Below, in pieces: positions 46,342 through 64,000 of a stretch of DNA of 64,000 nucleotides (positions are counted from its first letter, which is position 1; each line of letters begins with the position of its first letter). The DNA comes from the human T2T-CHM13v2.0 reference genome, Homo sapiens: NCBI RefSeq assembly GCF_009914755.1, contig NC_060932.1. One strand, 5' to 3'. Both the position numbers and the translations under genes were made by a program. Under the pieces are notes generated by a model. It made no database searches, was not told the origin of the DNA, and saw nothing but the letters and a program-made list of their open reading frames with translations.

Positions 46342-48440
46342 TAACAAGACAAAGCAAACTAAGAGTGTAGCTGAAGCATGGTATAAAGATGGCGAGTGCA
46401 GGAGATGGAAGAGACTTGAGTGATTTGTGCCTTCAACACCTTTATATTATAGTTGAGAACACAGTGGATCAGTGTGGGTTCTGGTTTGCTCAAGTTCAAT
46501 GGCTAGTTACTTGGCATATGCGACCCGTAGATATCTTGCTACTCCCTTTTCAGTTGTGTCTGCCTTTTTCAGACCCTTTAACTGAGAATTGGAGTTTCTG
46601 GCATTCCTAAGTTCACCCAGCCCTATGAGACAGAAGCAGGGAATGAGGCCATAATCCTATAAACATGTTTTGCCTTAAAAAAAAAATCCTACAAGTCGGT
46701 AATACCTCTAGGTAACTTTAAGTAATGTTTTCTTCTTCTCTGACTTTCACAATCACAAGCAGCCTCGCACACTGTCACAGCTTAGGTTCTCCAGGACTGA
46801 TGAATTATAAGGGGATAAGATTCTAATGAATTTGCCCACAGAAAACCTATTTTAGAAAAGAGTAATAAGAATCTCAGTTCTCCTAGCTGACATCAGATTC
46901 TTGAAGAAATATTTTCCCAATAATAGAAGAAAATTACCAGGGAAATAAGAGAGGAGGATGTTGTTACTCAGGTATAAAACAAAAACAGAAAGCCCATCAG
47001 TGGCATGATGGCAATGGAATTGAATCTCACAAAACACTTTATTGCTAATTTTCCATTTTCTAAACATGCATCTAAATATAATGGCCAAGGATTTGAATAA
47101 AAATCATTCTCTGATTCTTTCACCAAAGGGAGATTCAGAACAATTTGCAGTGATCTATTCTCATTTCTTGAGCATTTCTGACTTTTCAGCTGCTTCTTTT
47201 AAATCTTGAAAAGTAGTAAACAGCTATAGCTTGTCATTGTCAAAAGTGAAATGTAAGGGTATGCATTCTATAAAGGACCAAGATAATATCATGACTCAAA
47301 TAAAAATTCCCCAGGGTAGAGGAATGGACTTTTAGCAATGTAGAATGAATATATTTTCAAGATTTCTCTGTCTTAAACGGTAGCCTAAATTTAAAAACAC
47401 AAACAAAACCCACAAAAGCTGATTTAGCTTATATTAAAAGTAGATGGAAGAGAAGAGAGGAGATAATAAAAGAGTAAAAAAAAATTGAGGAACAACCAAA
47501 TATCTTTTCCTTATGATTTTTAGATTGCCTGGAGAATTAATTTAATTTGAGCTAGTGTCTATCTGATGAAAATTGTCCAATAATGTATTTTTTTCCACGT
47601 TGCCCTGAAGATTGTCTGCTCAGGACATTGGTAGTTGACAAGAGTGTGATGCTGCCTGATTTCTATACTGATTATGCTACATTTTACCTCCATAGCTCTG
47701 AACCCTCAAGTCGAACTGTATTTTCCAATCTGCAACATGTAATACTGTGTCTTTCAGAATTCATAGGGGGTAATAAATGGGTACCTGAATGAACCAAGTC
47801 CTTAAATAAAAATCAAGTATTGATAAAATATACAGTAGGTTTCTTACGGTGGCGTGTAAGTTTGGAGAGCATAATCAGCCACAGTTAGAAGTGGCAATTC
47901 TTTCTAAACAATATGATATGATTTTTTAGATTAATACATGAAACAAAATACTGTGACACATCCAGCAATTTAGGGGTACATCTAGCTCAAGTTGGTTGAA
48001 GGTTGGAGATTCTGTTTCAAGCTGTAATGTCACAAACTCTCTGTAGGCAATATGAATCGTCCCGGTTTTCTCTCCTTCTGGAAGAAGATGCAATGCAGTA
48101 TCATAAAAAAGACCTGTGGCTTGGGGCTGCACAAACAGATGAGGGTTGGGCTGGCTTTGCAATACTAATTCTGTGATCTTGGCCCAGTTACTTAAAATCT
48201 GAGATTACCTGCAGATAATGATATTTTCCTGATAAACGTGAAGATTCTTGACGTACTCAGATTTACACAAGTTACCTTTGTGGATTAGGAAGAACAAAGT
48301 ATTGTACTTGGCAAAATTTGATAATTTGTTTCAACTCACTTGGCCTCAGGAGATGGTAACCACACTAATCAGCTGTCCTGCAGCAACAAATAATCCCCAG
48401 ATTTTATTAGATTTATTAGATTACAACAAAAAGATTTATT

Positions 48441-48601
48441 CTCAATAGCTTATTATATAGCTATAGTATAGCTTATAGCTATACTATAATAATATATAGT
48501 ATAGCTATATTATATAGCTTAGTATATATAAATAAGCTATAGTATATTATATAGTATACTATATTAATAAGCTATAGTATAGCTTATTGTACTCAATAGC
48601 T
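48441..48601. repeat. AT-rich quasi-palindromic insertion bounded by a 10-bp direct repeat
   Basis: ctcaatagct at 48441-48450 and 48592-48601; interior built from tatagct/atagtat units. Confidence 0.85.
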
Positions 48602-48905
48602 GTGAGTCAGATGGAGCAGCATCTATGTGGGGACTGTTTTATTCATGGCAGAGACAGAGAGATTGAGAATTTGAGGAAACTGATGCCTCTTCAAACTTCT
48701 GCAGGAACTTGGAAGATTGACATTCCATTGGCTAAAGTAAATCACATGACCAAGCCTGCCATTAGAGGGAAAGGAAGTATAGAAGTGCCACCAAAGGCAC
48801 TGCAGGTCTCATGACAATGAATATATATATATATATATATTCCATTCTCTTATAGGAAAGAGGAGTGAATAGTTGGGAACTACCTTCTGCCACAATGACT
48901 ATTTC

Positions 48906-49626
<721 letters not shown>

Positions 49627-49685
49627 CTACTTCATCTCATAGGGTTAAAAAATGAAGTAACTTCGTATGTATTTATCTATATGTA

Positions 49686-50877
49686 CAGGCATGCATCACT
49701 TAATGACAGGAACACATTCTGAGAAATGCGCTGTCAGGTTTTTGTCATTGCGCAGACCTCATAGGGTGTACTTACACAAACCTAGATGGCATAGCCTACC
49801 ACACACCTAGGTTGTATGGTATAGACTATCGCTCCTAGGCTGCAAATCTGTACTGCCTGTTACTGTACTGAATCCTATAGGTAATTGTAATACAGTGATA
49901 TTTGTGTATCTAAACATATTAAAACAAAAATATGGTAAAAATATGGCATAAAAGATAAAAAATGATATACCTGTATATCAGTTACCATGAATGGAGCTTG
50001 CAGGACTGAAAGTTGTTCTGGGTGAGTCAGTGAGTGAGTGGTGAGTGAATGTGAAGGCCTAGGTCATTACTGTATACTCCCATAGACTTTTTAAACACTG
50101 TATGCTTAGGCTACACTAAATATAGAAAAAAATTTCTTTCTTTGATACTAAATTAACCTTAGCTTACTTTAACATTTTTACTTTATAAATTTTTAAATTT
50201 TTTATACTTTTAGTCTTTTGTAATAATGCTTCACTTAAAACACACGTTACTCCAATGTACAAAAATATTTTCTTTATATTCTTATTCTATAATTTTTTTT
50301 CTATCTTTAAATTTAAAAAATTTTTAGAACTTTTAAATGATTTCTGTTAAAAAACCAAGACACAAACACATACATTAGCTCAGGGTCACGATCATCAATA
50401 TCATTGTCTTCCACTCCCACATCTTGTCCCACTGGAAGGACTTTAGGGGCAATAACACACATGGAACTGTCATTGCCTATGAAAACAATACTGTCTTCTG
50501 GAATACGCCCTGAAGGACCTGCCTGGGGCTGTTTTACAGTTCACATTTTTTTAATAAGTAGAAGGAGTACACTTAAGTGACAATAAAAGTATGGTATAGT
50601 AAGTACATAAACCAATAACATAGTCCTTTATTATCATTATCAAGAATTATGGACTGTACATAATTGTATGTGCTATACTTTTATACGACTGGCAGCACAG
50701 TAGGTTTGCCTACACCAGCATCACCAGAAACACATGAGCAATGTGTTGGACTATAACTTTATAATGGCTATGATGTCAGTAAGCTATAGGGATTTTTTCA
50801 GCTTCATTTTAATTGTATGGGACCACCATCATATATGCTGTCTGTTGACCAAAACGTCATTATGTGGCTCATATCTG
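49686..50877. mobile_element. Tigger3b/Golem-like TcMar DNA transposon (~1.2 kb, non-autonomous)
   Basis: TA|CAG...CTG|TA termini; cttacacaaacctagatggcatagcctaccacacacctagg matches the recalled Tigger3 consensus. Confidence 0.82.
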
Positions 50878-50986
50878 TATTCATACCTACACACACAAAT
50901 ATATAAAATCACTTAGAACAAAGGCTGACATACATAGCCTCAGATGTTAGCTATTTTTTTTATTACTGATTATATTATGAAAATAA

Positions 50987-51300
50987 GGCCGGGGGTGGTG
51001 GCTCACACCAATAATCCTAGCACTTTGGGAGGCCGAGACAGGTGGATCACCTGAGGTCAGGGGTTTGAGACCAGCCTGGCCAACATGGCGAAACCCCGTC
51101 TCTACTAAAAACACAAAAGTTAGCCAGTTGTAGTGGTGCATGCCTGTAATCCCAGCTACTTGGGAGGCTAAGGCAGTAGAATAGCATGGACCCAGCAGGC
51201 GGAGGTTGCAGTGATCTGGGATCACGCCACTGTATTCTAGCCTGGGCGAAGAGTGAGACTCTGTCTCACAATAACAACAACAACAACAACACACACACAA
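50987..51300 (+). mobile_element. AluS-like element with (CAA)/(CA) tail
   Basis: Dimeric Alu. Confidence 0.88.
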
Positions 51301-51324
51301 AAAAGAAAAGAAAAGAAAATAGTT

Positions 51325-51448
51325 AATGCATGTTGAGCTGAATACCTAGGTGATGGGTTGATAGGTGCAGCAAACCACCATGGCACGTGTTTACCTATGT
51401 AGCAAACCTACATATCCTGCACATGCATCCCAGAACTTAAAATAAAAT
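51325..51448 (+). mobile_element. Short L1 3' terminal fragment
   Basis: aatacctaggtgatgggttgataggtgcagcaaaccaccatggcac...cagaacttaaaataaaa. Confidence 0.85.
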
Positions 51449-53088
51449 AGTAATGTTATAGAGGCATTCCCTGTAGGAAAAAAAAAAACAAAAACACATC
51501 AACTAAATTAAAGTAGCTGTGGTGGGGAAATGGTGTACGTATTTCCTCTTAAGTGACTTCTACACAATTCGATTGCTCCATGACATTGATTCTTTACTAC
51601 TTTCTTCCTCTGTCTTATAGTCACCCATCTTTAGAGATGAACTGGCAGAAAATGTAAGCAGTAAGAATTCATGCCTAATATTATGGTATAAACCACTAAC
51701 TTTGTTTCCTATCTTTGAGACTTTTTGATGATATTCCTATTTTCAACAGCTTTTAGAGGAAACATTTTTTTTTTTTCCAGAATCTTTTCCTCTGTGTTTT
51801 CAAAGAATCAAATTCAGAAAGATGTTGGGTTCTGGGAATGAACAATTAATTTTTCATTCTGCCCTAGGCTTGTCTCTGTAGACAATGAATATTGGACCCT
51901 TCCACTATTTTAATACTCTATTTTGAGGAATAATCAAATAGGCAATTTCCTAAATAGCACTGCAACTGTAATAATGCAAATGCCTCACCGTCATAATGAT
52001 AGAGGTTCTATAATGCAAATTGAGTATGGCTTATTTCCTTTCTCTATATCACAGATTCTGCTGGAAAATTTAGTGTTAATTTCCTTTGAATAGCATCTCT
52101 GAAATTTAGTAGGTGAGGAGAAATATCTATAAACTGAGATATATATACTAATAAATGTTTAAACTAGAACAATGATAATTTTTCCTATCATAAAGAAACC
52201 TAGTGAAAAACTAGCTCAAGTCTTGTAACTGCTTATTTCAAATACTATAAAAGCCCTACCAAGTGGAAAAGAACCAGTTATGTAATACCTTTGTTCAAAA
52301 ATTTTTATTTTCTTCTTCTTCCCAAGAAACATGTCTAATTATAAATTTACACCTCACCCTCTAACCATTAGAAATATCATGCAACATTCTTCATGCTCCT
52401 GATGGCACAAAGATCAGTCATCTGGGGAGCAATTTATACTTTTGCTGAAAAGGCTGTCTGGGCACCAGGTTTGAATCAGAGATCTGGTAACAATTCTGTA
52501 GGCATCTCCATCAAAACAAAGGCAGCAGAGCTGTGAACTCTTATTAAATCGATGCAGAGAAGTGAGTCAACGGGCAAGTGACTAACCGTGGAGGAATAAG
52601 CGACTGCTGTTTTTGACTTGGGTTAAGATGGTTAGGACCATGGGAAGAGACGTAGAAAAGAAACCAACTCCATGCTTGTTTCCGATGTAGGTTTTTCACC
52701 TTCAGCAGACCTAAGCTCACAAGGAGGAGAAGCTTTAACTTTCAATGGATGTTTGAGTTTTAATTATTATACTGGACTAAACATACGAATTAGTGAACTG
52801 AGACTATTTTGGGGGACCATAGTGACCAGTAGACTTTTTACAATTTGAGAGTAATCAGAAAATCATAAGGCTGACTCTAGATTTTACTCAAGTGGTCAGA
52901 GAACTGCTTTCTAGAGCCAATATGCAGGAACTGACGTGATAAATTATATCTTCTTTTCTACTTAGGCTTGCGGAGGGACCACGAATTGTTCACAATTTCA
53001 AGTCCATTTGTTTTCCTTATTAGTAAAAAAGCCCTCTAATTTTTAACTAGGGATGTGAATTTCCACTAGTGACTACATTCTAGGATTC

Positions 53089-55366
<2,278 letters not shown>

Positions 55367-56291
55367 AAAGATAAGCTCTTTTCCTTATGGATAGGGAATA
55401 GTAATAATGGAGCAATCTGGGCCACAAATTGAAGCTAGCAGAGCTACACTGCCAGCTTTAGACTGCTTAGCTCTGGGATAGTATAAAAGAAAAATAAACT
55501 GTGTTTATTTAGGACTTTGCATATTCTATATCTTTGTTATAAAGCTTAATACATACCCTAGTTAATATAGAAATTAGTGCCTAAATTTATGTTGCTGTTG
55601 TCACAGAAAATCTTTAAAATATGTGGTCTGTCTTAGTTGTCAAGTAGAAGGTAACCAAGGAACATATTAAGGCTAGAAGGCTGGAAGGGTCATGAGCATT
55701 TTTTAAGGCCTTGGCAATATGTTTGGTAAAGTGTCACCTGCAATGACGTAGAGGACAGACCACTTTAGAGAAGTGGTCAGAAAAAGGTAGACTATCATGT
55801 GTGTTAACTGTTTCCTTCTGCATTTAGCAAGATTTCAGAAGGAAGAAATGAGCTTGCGCAAGAATTGGCCAGTTTTAAGCAGAGATGGAAAGAATTGAAG
55901 CTGTGCTAAAGGAGGCTTTTTCTGCCTTTGATTTTTAATCTAAATTGAAGGTCCAGAGATTTGAGGCCAGCAAGGTTGGAAAAGCCAGCTCTATCTTTAC
56001 CTGGAATAGCAGGAGATAGACTTATTCATAACTTTTTTCAGAGGTGTCCTATTAAGACTCTCAGCTCGTGGGAGGTAGCCCTCAGACAACGATCATTTGA
56101 AAATTATGGCCTTCTGATTCAAGCCTTAACAAGACAGCTCCTGTTCAAATATGGGAGAGGAGAATGGGTTGAACTAGAAGCCAATAAGGAAGGGGAGAGC
56201 CAGCAGGCTTAGGAAGCTTGTCCAGAAGAGATCTTGGGAATAATGATTACTTTCATATAGAATCAGTGAAGCTGGTAAATGTTTTTTTACC

Positions 56292-56385
56292 AGACCATCT
56301 TGGCCAATATGGTGAAATCCCATCTCTACTTAAAATACAAAAATTAGCCAGGTGTGGTGACGCACGCCTGTAGTCCCAGCTACTC
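56292..56385 (+). mobile_element. Internal Alu fragment (no head, no tail) between 15-bp direct repeats
   Basis: agaccatcttggccaa...aaaatacaaaaattagcc...cccagctactc; cagtgaagctggtaa at 56264-56278 and 56392-56406. Confidence 0.88.
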
Positions 56386-56871
56386 ACTTACCAGTGAAGC
56401 TGGTAAGTTCTCTCTCTTTTTTTTTTTTTTTTACTTCCAAGGTATAAATGCTCCCACCCATGACCTATTTCATGATACCTACAGGGTGTGTCACTGATTG
56501 TGTGGAGTTGGAAAAAGATGTGCACAATAGGCTCCTACAAGCCGATGTAAGCCAGACCCAAAACACCACTGCATGGAACTGATTGGAAGAAAATAGGCTG
56601 TCTACTAAATTTTGCAAGTAGTTGTATTCCCCAAGAAACTAAAACCCTAGCTGACAAAAGCCTGTGAATGTTCTGATCCCTAAGGAATCCATCAAACTCT
56701 CAAGCACGCAAGAGCAGGAAATCAGGAAATCTGTTGCCTAGAAGGGCATACTCTCCAACGTCTTCAGCTGGGGCTACAGAGACTAACTGATAAAGAGGGC
56801 TCTTCCAGAGGGCAAAGCCAGGAGCGCAGAGGGCAATTGACAGGGAATCATTCCCAGACATCACAATGTAG

Positions 56872-57979
<1,108 letters not shown>

Positions 57980-59139
57980 GCTCTACCACTTTCTATTGGA
58001 TGTGGGGGAAGGGAAAGCCTGTTTTGCCTGGCAATGAATAAGCTCAGCTTAGTTTTCTCAGCTCTGATGGTTATATTTTTACATGAATTTCTTAAAGATA
58101 AGCTGTTTCCCATGAACGTTCCTTTTCTTCCCTTCTGCTTGCTGGGAAATGGCTAGTACCCGAAGAGCATGTTAAAGATGGCAGAGCTATCTTGCCAACT
58201 TTGGTCAGTTCCCCTCTAGGTTGTCCTGAAAAAGAAAAGCACCCTTCCCATTTAACCTTCCTGTAACCTTCCTGTATTTTGGTCACTTTTTCAAACCAGT
58301 ATAGCCTAGTCTCTAACTAGTACTCAACATAAAAGTCCTGGTCTATCAACATACTGGTTACATACATAAAGTCTTAGCCTGGTACCTTGCATATTGTATT
58401 TTTTTTAGTCAGTGTTTGATATTATTATTAATAATGAATATGCTTGTTGACTGACTGAATGAGGAATAGGTATGTAAAATCTATGTTACTGTTAAAAGAC
58501 TTTGGGAAGGATGGGGTAAGAATTTTGGATACCATTTGCATCATTGAATAGAAATGAAGAAACACATAAAACCACTGGCTATGATGCTCTAACAGTTATT
58601 TTGAGCATACATGATGCTTGATGCTTTATAAAAATGTCATAAAACTATAGTCTTTTCTTGGCACGCTTCTAATCTAAATGAGGTGATTAGTAATATTGCA
58701 AACTGAGGATAAAAATGCACGTTAAGTCTGACAGGTGGTGATTATTGCTTGCTCTTTTTTTCCCTTTGTCTCTTTTCTCTCTTATTACAGTATGTGCAAG
58801 AGCTTAAATAAAATATCTCACAAAAATGTTATGAAAGAAAGCCACATGCTGTGTATTTACTACAAATATGTCTTAAGTGTTCAGACATAATCTGATGCTG
58901 CCCCTTGGAGATATTCTGCATAGATAATTATTTTCTGGAAATTTTCTGAGACCAGTCCAGTGGCCTTAAAAATGCATCAGTCTCCAGCAGCCTTAAGAAT
59001 GCTTCATATATATATGCATATGCTCACCTATATGTGCATTTCTGTTTTAGAAACACCTGTGAGTCACTGTCATCCTACCTGTGAAGGGCTGTATCTTTTT
59101 TTTTTCTTTCTTTTTTTCTTTTTTTTTTAAATCATAAGG

Positions 59140-59449
59140 AGGCCGGGCACAGTAGCTCATGCCTGTAATCCCAGCACTTTGGAAGGCCGAGGAGGGTGGA
59201 TCACTTGAGGTCAGGTGTTTGAGACCAGCCTGGGCAACATGATGAAACCCCGTCTCTACTAAAAATACAAAAATTAGCTGGGTGTGGTGACACACGCTTG
59301 TAGTATCCCAGCTACTCGGGAGGCTGAGGCATGAGAATGGCTCGAACCTGGGAAGCGGAGGTTAAAGTAAGCAGTGATTTTGCCATTGCACTCCAGCCTG
59401 GGCAATAGCGTGAGACCCTGTCTCAAAAAAAAAAAAAAAAAAAAAAAAA
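59140..59449 (+). mobile_element. Alu
   Basis: Dimeric Alu with long A tail; TSD core aaatcataa. Confidence 0.9.
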
Positions 59450-61594
59450 GAAAACAAATCATAAAGATAATTGTGTCTCTTTTAAGCACTCATTCTAGGT
59501 GTGACTGGGTTACAATTTACTCCAACGTTATCCTCCTCGAAGAAAACATAAATGCATAAAGCAGAGAAGGGATAGAGACTAAATGTCTTGGGGAATCCAG
59601 AAATGGAGCAGGACATCTTTCTTTCCCTGTCGTTGGCTTCCATTCTGCCAAGGTTAGATAGGACCGGAGATTAGTGGTCCTCTGATGAGACTTTAACGAA
59701 TCTTTGGGTACTGGTGGTCTCAGACCCATTTCTGAACGGCATTTGTCCAAGTCTTGAAAATTTCTGGACCAAGTTTCCTTACAGTGTCCTCAGGGGACTG
59801 TCTGAAGAAAAATGGCAGAACCTATGCCAAAGGCCATGGAGGCACAGAGCAGAAGTGTGAGGCCAACGCAAGTGAATTCTTCATGTACTCACTTGTCCCG
59901 GGAGAGGTGAGCTTCCCCTAAGAGGGCCCCTGAAATAAGGCATTTGCAAGATGTCGCTACCCATGAAAGCAGTCTGTTATCTTCTGCCCTGGACCTTTTT
60001 ACCCAGGAGCTTGATTGCTGGGACCATGCCAACAAATAGCATTCTCTTGCAGCAGAAATAAAATGAGAAGGAAAATTAAAAACTTTTATGAGGTAAGGAT
60101 AGGATCATTTCCAAAGAAACAGAAGCTTAGAGGAAGGAAGAAAAGAAAGTGAAGACAGCATAACATCAGGTTTGACTTTTCTGAAAATCACAATGACCAA
60201 TACCCTAAATGATGTTATTAAAACAAAGGGAACGACTATGGATGTGATTCCTTGATCCCTGCTCCTTCTGAGGCTTGAGAAACTTTATATAACCTTAGTA
60301 GAGATTTTATAATCTGGGCTGCTGAAATTTCAAATAAGTACATATTGCCTTAATTTTATCTTAACCCCTGCCATGTGATTGATGCATCACTTTTTTTGGT
60401 AGTTTTGGGCTGTTTAGTTATTGTGATTTATTTGTAAAAATAATACATATTTGTCTTAGAATGGATTCTACAGAGGCTGGGCCTGAAATGGGGAGTCTTG
60501 TCCAGGTGATCTGTAGGGAGAGTCTTCTTGGGAGGAGGGGACTGAGGTAGCAGGAAAGGGCAGGGGGAGAATTTAAGCAGTATGTAGTCTCAGCTGGAGA
60601 CCAGCTTTAATCTCATCCCACAGGAAGTTCTGGAGCAGAAATCACACCACACAGTTGGTCCTCCCTTGAAGTGAGGAGGCTGGCTCTGATTTCCTTGTGT
60701 CAGTCAGTCATTGGCTGAGGTCTGGGGATATAAAGTGTCATCTTGGCAAAAAGACTTTCATTTGGCCAAGAGCAATTCTCCAGAAAAAAGGACAACTGTG
60801 AGTTATTTATCAGCCAACACACACAGCAACTGGAAGATGAGTCTACAACTGGAAAGGGGAATAGAAAACTCTATGCTGCAGCAGAACAAGGTAAAGAATG
60901 AAGGAACACTCTCAAAACACACCCCCATCCAAAGGCAACTACCATCACCTTTAGGTGATTATCCTTCCAGACATGTCTGTTACCTCTCAACCAATGCACA
61001 TATGAATATTTCTGCTAATGTGATTTTCACATATTAATTATTATAAAGACACTATCATTTCTGATGGTGCCATAGGATTTCACTATGATTTGGTTAACAA
61101 ATTTATTTAATGAATGGGTGTTCTAATTACTATTGCTGCATAACAAGTCACCCTAAACTTAGTGGCATAAAACAACAACCATTTTATAAATGCTCACCAA
61201 CACCGAGGGTCACAAATTCAGGCAGGGCCCATGGGATGGCTCTTCTGCTTAGTGATGTCTTGGCCATCGGCTGGTACTGGAGGTGTTAAATGGTTGGACT
61301 GAAGGATGTACTGCCACAATAATTTCACTTCCATGTGTAGCAATTTGCGGTGATGTGTTGGCTGGAAGGCTGTGCTAAGCTGGGACTCTCACTCTAGTAT
61401 GGTGACTTTGTGGTAGCTGCACTTTTTGCTTGACAGCTTGGTGCTCTAGAGAACCAGGTGGAAGCTACATGACTTTTCTTGACCAAGGCTCAGAACTCAC
61501 AAAGCATCCCTTCCACAGTCCTCTCTTGGTTCACACACTCATGTGAAGTCACAAGTAGGCCCTGATACAAGAGGAGGAGAAGTCAGTCCTACTT

Positions 61595-62385
61595 ATTTTT
61601 TTTAAAGTTATATTTTAGATTCAAGAGTACGTGTGTAGGTTTGTTATACAGGTAAATTGCATGTCACAGGAGTTTAGCATACAGATTATTTCACCACCCA
61701 GGTAATAAGCATAGCACCTGTTAGGTAGTTTTTCGATCCTCCCATTCCTCCCTCTCACTACCCTCAAGCAGGTCCTAGTATCTGTTGTTCCCTACTTTGT
61801 ATGCATATGTACTAAATGTTCAGCTCCCACTTGTGGGTGAGAACATGTGGTATTTGACTTTCTGTTTCTATATTAGCTCACTTAGGATAATGGCCTCCCA
61901 CTCCATCCATGTTGCTGCAAAAGACATGATCTTGTTCTTTTTTATGGCTGTGTAGTATTCCATGGTGTGTATGTACTACATATTTTAAATCCAGTCTATG
62001 ATTGATGGGCATTTAGGTTGATTCTGTGTCTTTGCTATTGTGAATAGTGCTGTGATGAACATATGTGTGCATGTGTCTTTATGATAGAATCATTTACATT
62101 CCTTTGTGTATATACTCAGTAATAGGATTGCTGGGTTGAATGGTAATTCTGCTTTGAGTTCTTTGAGAAATTGTTACACTGCTTTCCACAATGGCTAAAC
62201 TAATTTATATTCCCACCAGCAGTGTATAAACATTCCCTTTTCTCTGCAACCTTGCCAGAATCTGTTATTTTTTCATTTTTAGTAATAGCCATTCTGACTG
62301 ATGTCATAGATGGTATCTCATTGTGGTTTTGATTTGTATTTCTCTAATGGTTAGTGATGTTGGCCATTCTTTCATATGCTTAATG
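61595..62385 (-). mobile_element. L1MA-like 3' fragment
   Basis: Antisense L1 3' UTR and ORF2 end (tttccacaatggctaaactaattta...ttcccaccagcagtgtat). Confidence 0.85.
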
Positions 62386-62496
62386 TCAAAGAATTTGAGG
62401 TGACTGAAAAAAATCTTCACTGTAAACATTTAGGTTGTTTCCAGTTTTTTTTTTTCATATCTTGTTGCTAACAATGCCACTATGAATATTCATACA

Positions 62497-62900
62497 CAGT
62501 AAGTTTTCACTTAACATTATTGTCCATAGATTCTTGGAGACTGCAACTTTAAGCAAAACAATATGTAGGGAAACCAGTTTTACCATAGGCTGATTGATGG
62601 AAACAACAGTGATATTCCTACAGCATATTTGTAGTCACAAAACATCACCAGACTTCTAAAGAGAGATAAAATACTTCTAATATTTTACATTACAATAAAT
62701 GTGAGCTACACACACAAGAAAGATTAATAAAAGCAAATAAGATAGTTATTTACTTAATTAGTCCAGTTCAGCATGGTGGGTGGCTGGAACCTGTCCACTG
62801 ATCAATCAATCCCATTTATTCCAGTCAGAATCAATTTTTTTCCCTATCAGTCCAGAACAAAATGACATTGAACCAGATTACATTGTTCCAGAATCTGCTG
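62497..62900. mobile_element. MER47/Tigger5-like TcMar DNA transposon relic
   Basis: cagtaagttttcacttaac...ttcttggagactgcaactttaagcaaaac start and ...ctgctg end resemble MER47. Confidence 0.65.
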
Positions 62901-64000
62901 CACAAATAATCTCTCACACGTGAAACATTATCACCTCAGGGGAAATTCCTTTAGTGGAACTCCTAGGTAAAGGGGCACATATATTTTTTTAAAAAAATTA
63001 ATTCATGCTCCCTGGAGAACCTGCATCAATTTATACTTCCATCAAAAGTGTAAGAGAGTACCTTTGTGTGCTTGTGTATTTGTGTGTGTGCATGTGCTGA
63101 ATTTGTCACTATCAGGGCCACACATTAGTAAAATGAATGAGAACTTTTTCACTTTTTAAATATAATCTCTATACTCTGTCGTATATCATTATTTTTATAT
63201 TTGCTTTGATAAATTGAAAGAATCTACCTTTCAAACCATTTTGACCAAGTGCATTTTTTGGGAAGTCATTGTTACATTGTTCTGAAATTATTGGTAAGTT
63301 AGTGTTTATAACTTCTATTTTAGTAGTGTGTACTTTTTTATAAAACCATGTATTGAGATTGTCAAATTAATCTTGAGTAATAAAAATTAAGATGCATTCT
63401 CTCATTTAAAAAATTTATGTCTACAGATATAGTCCCTTTCTGAGATATAATTTTGCATATTTCACCTTTTATTTTTAATTGTAATTCCTGGTGAGTCTTT
63501 TAGGGCAAAATGATCAGAGGCTGTGAGCTCTGGAATTTCTACTTTTTGAAATTTTTGAGGTTATTTTGTAGCTAATATGATACACTTTAGGAAATAATCC
63601 AAGGTACATGAAAAGAATATTTAGTCTCCATTTGTAGAGTGCAAGGGTCAATATACTTCTCAAAAAGTGTTACTGGTGTGTTAAATTTTCCCACTACAGT
63701 TGTATTTTGTGGCATATGTCTCATGTACTTTTTTCATAGACTTTCATGCTTTGTCATTTGGCTTTGTAACTTTTATCAACACGAAATGTCCCTGTTTAAT
63801 AATATGATTGGAATTTCACTTTTTCTATGTTACTTGCTTTCTTTTTTATGTGTTTCTTAATATATTTTTGGTCTTCCTTTTTTCCCCTCTACTATTTTAA
63901 ATGCTTTTTCATTTGATTCCATGTATCATTCACCTAGTTTGTTTTAATGGTAACATCTTGCTTAACTACAGTACAATATCAAAACCAGGAAATTGACATT

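Overview
Primate, almost certainly human, genomic DNA. It is AT-rich and dense in Alu, L1, L2, MIR, LTR and DNA-transposon relics. The only protein-coding gene I can support is the two-exon AARD (C8orf85; 18415-18738 + 22729-22872, 155 aa, CpG-island promoter). From recall, that places the window at 8q24.11 between RAD21 and SLC30A8. About 6 kb past the AARD stop is a solo LTR12 on the minus strand. Two good + strand splice donors next to it probably mark the distal non-coding first exons of SLC30A8, so most of the right half is likely SLC30A8 intron. Nearly all other listed ORFs are repeat-derived or GC-rich shadows. The strongest unexplained structure is at 31567-32257: a ~224-bp inverted duplication (~95% identical arms, 220-bp loop) whose outer breakpoint abuts an exact 25-bp copy of sequence 3.6 kb upstream, a template-switching signature. 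Several other non-canonical insertions are present: a tailless 5S rRNA fragment, tailless or internal Alu fragments (one with fold-back junctions), and a self-templated AT-rich palindromic insertion. I see no new multi-gene system. Repeat family names are from recall and need RepeatMasker confirmation.
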